Assembly (NCBI GenBank): GCA_963773585.1
Contig: CAVZBR010000001.1
Location: 703,882 to 767,881, forward strand
Source of the DNA: an uncultured Gammaproteobacteria bacterium
GTDB taxonomy: Bacteria > Pseudomonadota > Gammaproteobacteria > JASBUN01
Reading direction: 5' to 3'
Length of the DNA stretch: 64,000 nucleotides
The notes beneath the pieces were generated by a model, which made no database searches, had not been told where the DNA came from, and saw only the letters and a program-made list of their open reading frames with translations. The translations under genes were made by a program, and so were the position numbers. Below are positions 20,978 to 30,718 of the stretch, one piece after another; the stretch's first letter is position 1, and every line of letters begins with the position of its first letter.

Positions 20978-21319
20978 ATGGCTTGGTCGCCTGAGTATGC
21001 GTCCGCCGGTAGCGCGTTCACCGCAGACGGCAACAGGACCCTCGGCGAAGCGGCGCGGGCATTCGTACACGCAATGATACGCGCCGACGCAGCCGCTCTG
21101 GATCTTGTCAGTCGCGGTGCGGCAACCGGGTTTCCGTCCCGTTATCTAATCAATACCTTAGGTGGGAACTACGCCAATCGGAGCGTTTCCGATCTGAGCT
21201 TTCAAGTGTTCGAAGAGGAGAATCGAGTCCACGTTCGCAGCCAGGACGGCAGGTTGGATGAGGATCTCAAGTTCAAGCAAGTGCGCGATCGGTTCTTCTT
21301 CCTCTATTACAACCGTTGA
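20978..21319 (+). CDS. Hypothetical protein
   Basis: 113 aa with a strong SD (gagggagggtaagacaa ATG) and coding-like codon usage. No motif recognised. Confidence 0.5.
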   Translation: MAWSPEYASAGSAFTADGNRTLGEAARAFVHAMIRADAAALDLVSRGAATGFPSRYLINTLGGNYANRSVSDLSFQVFEEENRVHVRSQDGRLDEDLKFKQVRDRFFFLYYNR

Positions 21320-21377
21320 TGCAGTCACTTTCGATTCGAGCGCCGGCCTCACTTCCGGCCCGGTGCTCAGTCTTGTC

Positions 21378-21683
21378 TCACGCCCGCCGCCGTTCCTGTT
21401 GTCCGCGTCGCTGCCCGCGTCGTCGATCCTGCTCTACGTTGCGGCCTTCGCTGTCGGTCAGCGGAAAACGGACGATACTCTCAGGGCTCCGACGGTCAGC
21501 TCGCCGGCGATCGACGCCCGAGCGCAGACGAAAGGTTTTGCCCGCCGCTCCGTTCAGTCCGCTTTGTTCGAATTCCAGTTCTGCGTCCGAGACGTTACGC
21601 CGCGCGGCCGATAGAAATACGGCCATCGCCAGGACGATAAACGCCAGTCCCAGCGCCGCCAATATCAGCAAAACCGTATTCAT
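21378..21683 (-). CDS. Small membrane-anchored protein with Arg-rich (DRR-repeat) tail
   Basis: 101 aa with an N-terminal TM helix MNTVLLILAALGLAFIVLAMAVFL, then RSGVDRRRADRR...EQDRRRGQRRGQQERRRA. Confidence 0.45.
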   Translation of the reverse strand: MNTVLLILAALGLAFIVLAMAVFLSAARRNVSDAELEFEQSGLNGAAGKTFRLRSGVDRRRADRRSPESIVRFPLTDSEGRNVEQDRRRGQRRGQQERRRA

Positions 21684-21976
21684 GTATTACCTTTTTCAAT
21701 AATCAAATGGTTTGAGTCGCTGATTAAAAGTCCGAGCAATATCAGTGCCACTAGCATTTATACATTGCTTTCATGAGCTTGCAAACAGCTGCGCGAAAAT
21801 AGCGCAGGCCCATGTAAAAAATGTCGACGCCGGTCACAGGCCGAATGTGATCTGATAGACCGTACCCGGGCGGCTCGCGGCTGTGTGCTCGCTTGGGCAT
21901 CTCTGCCGGCGCATAATTCCCCAACCACAGTAATGCTGGGTGCAGCCGGCTTTCTCTCGCTACGTGTACATTCGCC

Positions 21977-23056
21977 ATGGCCTATTTCATCAAGCGTTAT
22001 CACCCTCCCGGCACGGCGCCGGGCACGTTGGAACGTCCCGCGCACGAACGCCAGCTTCCGGTGACGTTGTCGCTGCTGGATTATGGCAGTGACAATCTCG
22101 ACGAACGGCATTTGCTAAATGTCCAGGATTGCCGGGAGTTTGCGCATCGCGATTCCAATACCTGGATCCACGTTCAAGGACACCCGGAAGCCGAGACTCT
22201 GCGCCAGTTGGGCGCGATCTTCGGGCTGCACCCCCTGGCGCTCGAAGACATCGCCAACACCGGTCAGCGGCCGAAATTCGAAACCTACGGCAAGCACGTA
22301 TTTGCAGTCCTGAGCCTCGCGCGATTCGACCCGGCAACTCGCACGGCCAGCACGGAGCAGGTCAGCCTGTTCATGGGCGAGCGTTTCCTGATCAGCTTTC
22401 ATCAGGGCGCGCAGGATCCGTTCGAGCCGGTGCGTAAGCGGCTCCGGGAGCAAGGCGGTAAAATCCGCGGCCGGACCATCGATCATCTGCTATACGCGTT
22501 GGTGGATTTGGTGATTGATGAGAGCTTTCCGCCTTTGGAGCAATTGGGCGACGATGTCGAAAGGCTCGAAGACGATTTGCTGGAAAATCCGGATCGCGAC
22601 ACCCTTTATCGACTTCAGCGTCTGAAGCGTAATTTGTTGCAGCTGCGGCGCATGCTCTGGCCGCAACGGGAAGTGGTCAACGCGCTGATTCGCGACGACA
22701 GCGCCTTGATCAGCGACGAAAGCAAGATCTATTTCCGCGATTGTTACGACCATACCATCCAGATCATGGACCTGCTGGAAACGTATCGCGACATGACAAC
22801 GTCGATGCTGGATATTTATCTGTCCAGTGTCAGCAATCGGCTCAATGACATCATGCGCGTGCTGACCATGATCGCGACGATTTTTATACCGCTGACGTTC
22901 GTTGTCGGCGTGTATGGAATGAACTTCCGGAACGACGCAAGTCCGTGGGCGATGCCGGAATTGCATTGGTACTATGGCTACCCGCTGGTGTGGCTGCTCA
23001 TGATCGTGTTGGTCGTTGCCATGTTGATGTACTTCAAACGCAAAGGTTGGTTCTAG
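21977..23056 (+). CDS. corA: Magnesium/cobalt transporter CorA
   Basis: 359 aa with a C-terminal two-TM region carrying GVYGMNF (GMN motif). Confidence 0.92.
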   Translation: MAYFIKRYHPPGTAPGTLERPAHERQLPVTLSLLDYGSDNLDERHLLNVQDCREFAHRDSNTWIHVQGHPEAETLRQLGAIFGLHPLALEDIANTGQRPKFETYGKHVFAVLSLARFDPATRTASTEQVSLFMGERFLISFHQGAQDPFEPVRKRLREQGGKIRGRTIDHLLYALVDLVIDESFPPLEQLGDDVERLEDDLLENPDRDTLYRLQRLKRNLLQLRRMLWPQREVVNALIRDDSALISDESKIYFRDCYDHTIQIMDLLETYRDMTTSMLDIYLSSVSNRLNDIMRVLTMIATIFIPLTFVVGVYGMNFRNDASPWAMPELHWYYGYPLVWLLMIVLVVAMLMYFKRKGWF

Positions 23057-23140
23057 CCGCGCAGGGTAGACGCAGCGTCGGAATGCTCCCTTTTCTGCAT
23101 CCGCTTGGTTTCCCGACTCGTTTGTGATCGGCGGCGCAGT

Positions 23141-23761
23141 TCAATCGCCGGCAATTTCTTTGGACGAAGTACACTTCCGCCATTGCTCGAGATCGGTCAT
23201 GACCAATTCTTCGATGTGCTGCCAGTTCTCGGCGCGTGGGCCGGCCAAGTGGCGATTGGTGGAATTGAGTACCACAATGGTGCGGTGTCCGTCGGCACGC
23301 AACGATTCGATGTTGGCAGGATTGTCTTCGAGATAAAGGTTTGCGCCGACAGCCGCCTTGTCGCGCATGAAGCACAGATCCCAGTAGGGAATGCCGTGTT
23401 GTTCCAGCCATTCCACGGTTTGTTGGACCGCCTCGCGATGAAACCATGGGATATACAGGCGATGGGTAATGATGCGGATGCGGATGTCACGGGTCGCAAG
23501 GCGCCTCAGAACCGCGGGCGCACCGTCAATGGTCGGCAGTGTCCGGAAAAGATCGCGTTCCTTGACGGCAAAACGATGCAGCGCTTCATAGCCGCCGCAA
23601 GAAGACAGATTCCATTCGCCGAATCCGTAGCTCAGCTCTTGCGTCAAGCTTGATTCCGGCACGCCGAGCCATTCCGCGGCAATCGGTCTCAATCCGCGGA
23701 TGAAGTCCGCCACCACGCCGTCAAGGTCGACGCCCAAAACGAATTGCTGTTCAGTTGCCAT
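23141..23761 (-). CDS. HAD-superfamily 5'(3')-deoxyribonucleotidase-like protein (NT5C family)
   Basis: ORF 23141..23836. An internal ATG gives MATEQQFVLGVDLDGVVADF (DxDxV HAD motif I). Confidence 0.65.
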   Translation of the reverse strand: MATEQQFVLGVDLDGVVADFIRGLRPIAAEWLGVPESSLTQELSYGFGEWNLSSCGGYEALHRFAVKERDLFRTLPTIDGAPAVLRRLATRDIRIRIITHRLYIPWFHREAVQQTVEWLEQHGIPYWDLCFMRDKAAVGANLYLEDNPANIESLRADGHRTIVVLNSTNRHLAGPRAENWQHIEELVMTDLEQWRKCTSSKEIAGD

Positions 23762-23991
23762 CGCTTCCTCGATATGAACGCCGCTGCGCACATTGTTCGT
23801 TTCAGCGCGCGACTGCCGAAACGCGGCCGATATCAAAGGCGCGGCCTACAGGATCGGGGCCGCGGCCCGGGCCATTGGCCAGGCAGTGTATAGGATCCGG
23901 CGGCGCTGCCCCAGCGCCAGGGCAGGTTATGCAAGGGACGGGATCTGAGCTACCCTCTTCAACAGCCATATTGATCGTGTTCGGGTGACCC

Positions 23992-24528
23992 ATGTATCGC
24001 GACAAAGCATTATTTTGCGCTCGTAAAGCAGCACTCATCGGCGTTTGTACAGTGCTGACGTCGTTCAATGTCGCGGCTGCGGCGGCGCCCGATTTCGAGC
24101 ATACCCGGTACCGATTGGTGCTGAACGGATTGTCCTTCCATTACGACACCAAAACGCCGCGCCAGAAACTGCGCGAGACCAATGGCGGCCTCGGTTTGGA
24201 AGCTCGCTGGCCGGCTGGAATGTTCGCCGTCGCATCCAGCTATATCGACAGCTACGATGGCGACGCCTGGTTGGCCGGTGTGGGCAAGCGCTGGCCATGG
24301 TGGCACAGTGCCAACGGCGGGGTCTATGTGGCAGCAGGCCTTGTGGCCGGCGTTACCTACCGGCGATTGCAGTTTGGAAATAGCGACCGCGACCTGACAG
24401 GTGGCGTATTGCCGCTGTTGACCGTCGGTGCGGGACCTTTCGAGGCCAACGTCTCGGTACTGCCGAAGATTCCCGATTTGATCGATGATCCGGCTGTGGC
24501 ATTGAACTTTTCCGTACAACTCAATTGA
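23992..24528 (+). CDS. Putative small outer-membrane beta-barrel protein (PagL/OmpX-like size)
   Basis: 178 aa with a signal-like N-terminus and alternating hydrophobic beta-strand pattern. Family not established. Confidence 0.45.
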   Translation: MYRDKALFCARKAALIGVCTVLTSFNVAAAAAPDFEHTRYRLVLNGLSFHYDTKTPRQKLRETNGGLGLEARWPAGMFAVASSYIDSYDGDAWLAGVGKRWPWWHSANGGVYVAAGLVAGVTYRRLQFGNSDRDLTGGVLPLLTVGAGPFEANVSVLPKIPDLIDDPAVALNFSVQLN

Positions 24529-24582
24529 GATCGACCAGGTGGTCGATTCATACGCAAAAGCAAAGCAACGTGAAAGGACCCC

Positions 24583-25158
24583 ATGAATCGCAAACATTTT
24601 CACCTCGGCTTGGTCATAGGTTTAGCCGTGCTGGCGCTGCAGATCGGCGCGTGCACCAACGTCAAGGAAATGATCGGCAAAGTCGAAAGCAGCGGTACCA
24701 TTCGTGCCAGCGAATTGAATGGCGTCGCAGTTCTGCCTTTTGATGGCCCGCACGGCGCGGTAATGGCCGATCGAGTGAGCTACGAATTGTTGGATCGTGG
24801 CGCAGCCGTGGTGACGCGTAAAAAGATCGATTCGGTACTCAAGGCGCACGACCTGTCGCAGCAAGCTTTCGATCCGATGCGCGACCGCGCGAAACTGGCG
24901 GAACTGGCCAAGGCCATGGGCGCCGAGGTGCTGGTTACCGGTTCGGTCGCGTTGTTGGACGAGGGCGAGACCCTGGTCGATCAGGCCCGCGGCGTACCCG
25001 GTTTCAAGGTGAAACGTGCCGCACTGCAATTCACCCGCTTTCCAGATGGAGTCGCATTGGCCGAGGCGCGTTACGGTTCCGAGCGTGAGATGCCGGTGCT
25101 GGCGGCAACCTACCATGACGTCGCGCGCCAGTTGGTTCAAGCGGTGGTCGCACCCTGA
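24583..25158 (+). CDS. Lipoprotein with CsgG/LpoB-like domain
   Basis: Lipobox LQIGAC, then VAVLPFDGP...VVTRKKIDSVLKAHDLS...MGAEVLVTGSV, a pattern typical of CsgG/TolB-N-like lipoproteins. Confidence 0.55.
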   Translation: MNRKHFHLGLVIGLAVLALQIGACTNVKEMIGKVESSGTIRASELNGVAVLPFDGPHGAVMADRVSYELLDRGAAVVTRKKIDSVLKAHDLSQQAFDPMRDRAKLAELAKAMGAEVLVTGSVALLDEGETLVDQARGVPGFKVKRAALQFTRFPDGVALAEARYGSEREMPVLAATYHDVARQLVQAVVAP

Positions 25159-25209
25159 CGGCTGGGTGACCAACGAGTTCTGAGGGATCCCGGTGCAAAC
25201 CGACGAGGC

Positions 25210-26367
25210 CTATTGCAGGGTGGCCCGAAGCGTTTTCGGCGCACGGTCCCCGGCATCGCCCGAGGCTCGGCGCACGGTCACGGTGATTTGGTCGCCCGGC
25301 ATTTTTTCCCACATGGCGGTTCGAACATCGGCCAGATCCGCAACCGGTTCGCCATCGATGGCGAGTAAGCGGTCTCCGTCCCGGGCTCCCGCCCGGGCAG
25401 CGGCGCTGCTTTTGCCCACATCGCGTAGGCGGACGCCGCCGCCACGCATGACTTCTATGGTCACCCCAAGCATCCCGGCGGGCGGCAGCTGCCGCGGCTG
25501 CGGCAGCAACAAGAAGTCTGCAGCGTCGGGGCTCAATTGCGCCTGCCATTGGCTGAGTACGATGGCTGATGTCGCGCCTGTCTCCCGTTGCACACGCGCG
25601 GGAATGCCGTCCCCGTAGGCAAGATGGCCGCTACCGGTCAAAATCACCATCCGGCGTCCGGGGTGCGCGCGAAGGTATTCTGCGGCCCGCTGTGCCATAC
25701 CTTCGTCCCAGAGCAGCTGAACACTGTAAAAGCGCGCGAAGTCTCCGCTTTCGGATTGCGGGTGAGCGGCATACATTTCCCGTAGTCGCGCTTCATAGCG
25801 CACGTTGGATCGATCCAAAGTGTCCGGCAGCCATTGTCGGAGCTCTGGTGACAGAGCGTTCAAGCCTCGTTCACCCACGGCGCGGGTGACCTCGGTGGGA
25901 AGGTTCAAGGCGATGACCGGGATCCGATGCGCTCGGGCATAGCGCAGGATTGGAGCGTAGAGACGGAAGTCATACTTCCAGCGATTGAAGTATTCGCTTT
26001 GCCGCAGCAGTTCCTGCTCGTCGATATCGCCGGCAATGTATTGGTCGACAATATTCTGGAACGGTTGCTGGAACCACTCGACACCTATCGCCAGCGGTCC
26101 GCCGCGCGCGGCCAGCGCCCGGATGATGTGCAGTTGGATCAGATGGTGGTCGTAGCGGGTATGGATTTCGCCCACGTACACGACGCGTTTTTCAGCCAAC
26201 TGTCCGATGATACTGTCGACTGAGCGAGTGTCGTCGAGATTCAGCGCCGGGGTGTCGCCGATCGCAGCTGCCGTCTCCGCGTCTGTCGGGGCAGCAGTCG
26301 AGATCCGACTGAAGCCGAGCAACACGGCGAAGACCAGTCGTGCGCAGGTTGGATTCGGCAGCTTCAT
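25210..26367 (-). CDS. ChaN-family (Tiki/TraB-like haem-binding) protein with C-terminal PDZ domain
   Basis: Real start taken at ATG 26367 (MKLPNPTCARLVFAVLLG, signal peptide). VYVGEIHTRYDHH and GSGHLAYGDGIP motifs, then PDZ-like GVTIEV..GDRLLAIDGEPV. Confidence 0.7.
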   Translation of the reverse strand: MKLPNPTCARLVFAVLLGFSRISTAAPTDAETAAAIGDTPALNLDDTRSVDSIIGQLAEKRVVYVGEIHTRYDHHLIQLHIIRALAARGGPLAIGVEWFQQPFQNIVDQYIAGDIDEQELLRQSEYFNRWKYDFRLYAPILRYARAHRIPVIALNLPTEVTRAVGERGLNALSPELRQWLPDTLDRSNVRYEARLREMYAAHPQSESGDFARFYSVQLLWDEGMAQRAAEYLRAHPGRRMVILTGSGHLAYGDGIPARVQRETGATSAIVLSQWQAQLSPDAADFLLLPQPRQLPPAGMLGVTIEVMRGGGVRLRDVGKSSAAARAGARDGDRLLAIDGEPVADLADVRTAMWEKMPGDQITVTVRRASGDAGDRAPKTLRATLQ

Positions 26368-26427
26368 GACCTCAAGGTTAGTCGATGGCGGGCAGCGGAA
26401 TCGAGACTGACAGGGGAGTGCAACGAT

Positions 26428-28515
26428 ATGGATTTGATGCGGATTGCTTTGCTCGCCGCGCTTTGCGCATTGGCAAACGTTGCCACCGCGCAAGCCGTTT
26501 ACCATGATCTGACGATGGAGCTCGATTCCGCTGCGGGCACACTGTCGGTGCAGGACCGTGTGACACTGCCTGCCGGCAGCGCCCCGCAGTTCACGCTCGA
26601 TGCCGGCTTGCAGGCGCGGGTTGCGGAATATGAGGTGCGCGAAACCGCCGGCAGCGATCCGGCAAGCGGCGTGCGGACCTATCGCGTGGCATTGCCCGAT
26701 GGGGTGCGAAGCTTCACTTTGTCCTATCGTGGCCGGCTGTCCCAGGGCCGGGAAGCCAACGTGTCGGCCGACAACGTCGTTTTGGGACCGGAATCCGCGT
26801 GGTACGCCGATTTCGCCGGGATGCCAGTGCGTTTCTCGCTCCATGTGCGGCTTCCCGAGCGCTGGCACTGTGTCAGCCAGGGGCGGGCCGGCGATCGGCC
26901 GAGCCCAGGCGAGGAGACGTGGACCGCCGATACGCCGCAACAGGGCATTTATCTGATCGCCGCGGCTTTCGTGCGCTACGAGGGGGATACCCCCTGGGGC
27001 CGCAGCGAAGTGTTTCTGCGGACTGCGGACGATGCCATGGCGCAGCGCTATCTCGACGCCACGGCGCGCTATGTCGCCATGTACAGCGACTTGATCGGTG
27101 CCTATCCGTATTCGAAATTTGCGCTGGTCGAGAATGCGCAACAGACCGGCTACGGTATGCCGTCGTTTACGTTGCTCGGGTCACGGGTAATACGCTTGCC
27201 GTTTATCGTGCATACCTCTTATCCCCATGAGATTTTGCATAATTGGTGGGGCAATGGCGTCTGGGTGGCTTATGACGGCGGTAATTGGGCGGAAGCGTTG
27301 ACCACCTATTTGTCCGATTATCTGCTTGCCGAGCAGGACGGTCACGGCGCGGCGCAGCGTCGCGCTGCGTTGCAGAAATACGCGGATTTCGTGGCCACCA
27401 ACAACGATTTTCCGCTGCGGCGATTCCGCGCCAGGCACGGTGAAGCCAGTCAGGCCATCGGGTACAGCAAAGGCATGATGTTCTTCCATATGTTGCGGCG
27501 CCGGCTTGGCGATGCGCAATTCGTCGCCGCATTGCGGGACTTCTATCGGCAGTATCGGTTTCAGCCGGCCGGCTTCGACGATCTGGAAACCGTATTCGAG
27601 CGCACCAGCAACGAGAAACTGGGTGCATTCTTCGGGCAGTGGCTGCAACGCAGCGGCGCTCCGGCGTTGACGCTGGGAAAGGTCGCAGTCCAGCGCCGCG
27701 ACGCCGGCTATGAACTGCGCCTGACATTGCGACAGCGCCAATCAGGCGCCGTATATGACTTGCAGATCCCGGTGGCAGTGCAAGTGGAAGGGCGCCAGGT
27801 GGCGCAGTTGCGCACGGTTTCCATGGATCGTCGCGAGCAAACATTCGAGCTGCGCTTCAATGACAGACCGCTGCAAATGGCGGTAGATCCAGCGTTCGAC
27901 GTATTCCGGCGGCTGGACCGAGGTGAATTGCCGCCGTCCCTGGGGCGTCTACTCGGCGCGGCACGGGCAGTATTCGTGATCCCCAGCGCAGCACCGGCGC
28001 AGATGCGCGCGGCTTACCGTCGCCTGGCGCAGACCTGGGCGGGGCCCCAGGACCGCATCGTCGACGACGATCGAGTCGGCGCAGTGGACGGCGCTGACGC
28101 GATCTGGGTGCTGGGACATGGAAACCGGCTGCGGTCGCGGGTGCTTGCGAGCGCGGGCAATTTGCCGTTGCAGGTGGATGGCGACACTGTGCGCATCGAC
28201 GGGCGGATGCTTAACCCTGACGATCGCAGCATCGTTTTGGCTACGCCGGCGGCGGGTCCGGCGACCTTCGGTTGGATCGATGCCACTTCAGCGGATGCGG
28301 TCGCGGCGTTGGCCCGCAAGCTGCCGCACTACAGCCGTTTCGGCTACCTGGCCTTTGCCGGACCGGACACAGCCAATGTCAGCAAGGGCGAATGGCCGGT
28401 AACCGATTCGCCCTTGCAGCGGAGGCTTGTGACCGGGGACGCCGCTGCGCTGAAATTGCCTGAGCGCCCGCCGCTGATGTCCACGGTGGATTTTTCCTCG
28501 CAAGCGCCGCACTGA
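26428..28515 (+). CDS. Secreted M1-family zinc metallopeptidase (aminopeptidase N-like)
   Basis: Signal peptide, then HEILHNWWGN followed by a downstream Glu (NWAEALT), consistent with the gluzincin HExxH-x18-E motif. Confidence 0.8.
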   Translation: MDLMRIALLAALCALANVATAQAVYHDLTMELDSAAGTLSVQDRVTLPAGSAPQFTLDAGLQARVAEYEVRETAGSDPASGVRTYRVALPDGVRSFTLSYRGRLSQGREANVSADNVVLGPESAWYADFAGMPVRFSLHVRLPERWHCVSQGRAGDRPSPGEETWTADTPQQGIYLIAAAFVRYEGDTPWGRSEVFLRTADDAMAQRYLDATARYVAMYSDLIGAYPYSKFALVENAQQTGYGMPSFTLLGSRVIRLPFIVHTSYPHEILHNWWGNGVWVAYDGGNWAEALTTYLSDYLLAEQDGHGAAQRRAALQKYADFVATNNDFPLRRFRARHGEASQAIGYSKGMMFFHMLRRRLGDAQFVAALRDFYRQYRFQPAGFDDLETVFERTSNEKLGAFFGQWLQRSGAPALTLGKVAVQRRDAGYELRLTLRQRQSGAVYDLQIPVAVQVEGRQVAQLRTVSMDRREQTFELRFNDRPLQMAVDPAFDVFRRLDRGELPPSLGRLLGAARAVFVIPSAAPAQMRAAYRRLAQTWAGPQDRIVDDDRVGAVDGADAIWVLGHGNRLRSRVLASAGNLPLQVDGDTVRIDGRMLNPDDRSIVLATPAAGPATFGWIDATSADAVAALARKLPHYSRFGYLAFAGPDTANVSKGEWPVTDSPLQRRLVTGDAAALKLPERPPLMSTVDFSSQAPH

Positions 28516-28617
28516 CATTCCAGCAAATCGTTGGCTCGCGCCCATGGTGCGACTGGCGGCGCGTTCGCCGTTTACTAGGCTGGGCTTAATCTTTGGTAAC
28601 GGTAACCGGAGCGGCAA

Positions 28618-28839
28618 ATGAACAGGCAGAGTTGGAGCGGCGATGCGTTCCGCAGAAGTCGATTTTTCTGGGTTGGCGGGCCGGGCGTGAGCCAGGCGGG
28701 TTGGTATGTGGAGTGCCGCGAAGGTGTGCGCGGTCCGTACTCGTCCCGGGATCATGCGCGGCGCGAATTGGCGGCAATGGTGCGCCCGCGGATTGTGAGC
28801 GGGAAGCGCACAGGCCATGCCGCGAATCAATGGATGTAG
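28618..28839 (+). CDS. Small protein resembling the DUF6316 pattern
   Basis: 73 aa with an SD (ggag) 7 nt upstream. RSRFFWVG..GWYVECREGVRGPYSSRDHARREL matches my recollection of DUF6316. The 3' end overlaps the FHA gene 3' end by 13 nt (convergent). Confidence 0.35.
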   Translation: MNRQSWSGDAFRRSRFFWVGGPGVSQAGWYVECREGVRGPYSSRDHARRELAAMVRPRIVSGKRTGHAANQWM

Positions 28840-29498
28840 AAGAATTCCATCTGAAACCCGGCGACTTCGATAATATCGTGTTCCTGTAACTGGCGCGCGT
28901 CCTGATCCAGCGGCTTGCCGTTCACCAACGGCACGTCGCTGGCGCGCTTTCCCTTTCTGCTTTTCACCGTGATGATCACGTAGCCCATGTTGCTGCGGGT
29001 GATCATGGCCATCTTGATGCCTTTGTAGCCCAAGGTGTTGAACGGCTTGCGCAGCTCGAGCACTTTTTTCGCCAGGGGGCCGTTCAAGATGCGCATCCCT
29101 GCCAGCGGCATCCCTTTGACGTCCGCGCCGAAGTCGCCGTCGGCGGCAATGACCTGGGTTTCCGCCACCTCGGCCCGCAGAAACATGGTCGGTTCATAGG
29201 CCGCCTTTTCCTCGAGGAAGTAGGTCAACTGATGGGTGCCCACCTGAATCACGTCACCGTGGTTCAGCAGCAGCTTGCGTACCTTGCGGCCGTTGACCAG
29301 AGTCCCGTTGGTGCTGCCCAGATCCTCGACGTAGGTATTGCCGACCAGGGTGGTTACCAGCGCGTGACGGCCACTGACCGTCATATCGTTGATTTGGACA
29401 TCATTGCCATGCTTGCGCCCGAAACTGATGCTGTTTGCGGCCACCGGAACCTCGCGCACGATCGCGCCGTCCAACGTCATAATCAATTTTGCCGCCAT
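28827..29498 (-). CDS. FHA-domain protein (canonical N-terminal FHA plus FHA-like C-terminal half)
   Basis: ISFGRKHGNDVQINDMTVSGRHALV..VEDLGSTNGTLVNGRKV shows the canonical FHA Gly-Arg / Ser-x-x-His / Asn-Gly motifs. The C-terminal half repeats the topology with degenerate motifs. Confidence 0.85.
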   Translation of the reverse strand: MAAKLIMTLDGAIVREVPVAANSISFGRKHGNDVQINDMTVSGRHALVTTLVGNTYVEDLGSTNGTLVNGRKVRKLLLNHGDVIQVGTHQLTYFLEEKAAYEPTMFLRAEVAETQVIAADGDFGADVKGMPLAGMRILNGPLAKKVLELRKPFNTLGYKGIKMAMITRSNMGYVIITVKSRKGKRASDVPLVNGKPLDQDARQLQEHDIIEVAGFQMEFFYIH

Positions 29499-29621
29499 CG
29501 GCTCCCCCGTTTACGCCGCCGCGGGATCGTGGGTCTGCCCGCGTAAAAAAGCCATACGAAATACGTATCTTATACCGCGCCGCGACCGTCTTGTCACGGT
29601 CGCCAAGCTGACGCCGGTTGC

Positions 29622-30698
29622 TCAGCCGGGGTCCGGACTGCCATGCTCGCGGAATTGTTCGAAATGCGATTTTTGCCGGGCCAATCGGAACGCATCGATC
29701 CCGTTGATCAGCTTATTGTCCAGCAGTCGCCGCAGCGCCGTATCGAGGCTCTGCATTCCCTGCATGGCGCCGCTCTGGATCACGTTCTCCAGCTGATCCG
29801 GCGTGCCTTCCCTGATAATATTCGCCACCGCTGCGTTATTGATCAGGATTTCCACGGCGGCCACCCGGGACTTGCCGTCCGCGGTGCGCAGCAGTTGTTG
29901 CGAAACGATCCCGCACAGGGACGTGGACAGCGCCGAGCGGATGTACGGCGCTTCTCCGGGCGGGAATGCGTTGATGATTCGATCGACGGTACTCACCGCG
30001 TTGTTGGTGTGCAGGGTGCCCAGCACCAGGATGCCCATTTCCGCCGCGGTAACGGCCAGATGAATGGTTTCGAGATCGCGCATTTCGCCCACCAGAATGA
30101 CATCCGGGTCCTCGCGTAGTGCCGAACGCAGGGCATCCGCGAAGCTTTCCGTATGTGCGCCCACTTCGCGCTGACTCACAAGGCATCCCTGGTTGAGGTG
30201 GACGTACTCGATCGGGTCCTCGATGGTCAGAATATGGCCCTTGCGCTCCCGGTTGATTCGATCGATGAGCGCGGCCAGGGTGGTCGTCTTACCGGAACCG
30301 GTGGGGCCCGTTACCAACAGCAGCCCTTTGCGTTGGCGTGCCAGGTTGGCCAGTACCGCCGGCAACCCGAGTTGTTCGAGCGTGCGCACGTCGCCCTGGA
30401 TGACGCGGAAAACGGCGCCGATGCCATCGATATGGTGGAATACGTTGACGCGGAACCGGGCCAAGTCCGGCACCATATAGGCGAAATCGATATTGCCGTC
30501 GGCTTCGAGCAGTTCCCGGGCCCGCGGCGGCATGATTTCATACAGCAGATCCTTGGTGTCTTCGGCGCTCAGCGTGCGGAAGCGAACCGGGTAGATATCA
30601 CCGTACAAGCGCATGCGCGGCGGATTGCCGGAAACCAGGTGCAGGTCCGAGCCCCCTTGCTTGACTACCAGTTCCAGGAAAGTGTCGATTCGGCTCAT
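29622..30698 (-). CDS. pilT: PilT-family hexameric ATPase (type IV pilus retraction ATPase-like)
   Basis: 358 aa with Walker A GPTGSGKTTT, ILTIEDPIEY, REDPDVILVGEMRD, GTLHTNNA and AVANIIREG motifs. Confidence 0.88.
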   Translation of the reverse strand: MSRIDTFLELVVKQGGSDLHLVSGNPPRMRLYGDIYPVRFRTLSAEDTKDLLYEIMPPRARELLEADGNIDFAYMVPDLARFRVNVFHHIDGIGAVFRVIQGDVRTLEQLGLPAVLANLARQRKGLLLVTGPTGSGKTTTLAALIDRINRERKGHILTIEDPIEYVHLNQGCLVSQREVGAHTESFADALRSALREDPDVILVGEMRDLETIHLAVTAAEMGILVLGTLHTNNAVSTVDRIINAFPPGEAPYIRSALSTSLCGIVSQQLLRTADGKSRVAAVEILINNAAVANIIREGTPDQLENVIQSGAMQGMQSLDTALRRLLDNKLINGIDAFRLARQKSHFEQFREHGSPDPG

Positions 30699-30718
30699 GA
30701 TGCGCGCACGGTCAGGAC

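Noticed and set aside
26368-27141. N-terminal 258-codon extension of ORF 25210..27141
   Set aside because: The extension overlaps the M1 peptidase gene on the other strand and has junk-like composition. An internal ATG at 26367 is followed by a proper signal peptide, so the ChaN-PDZ gene was trimmed to 25210..26367.
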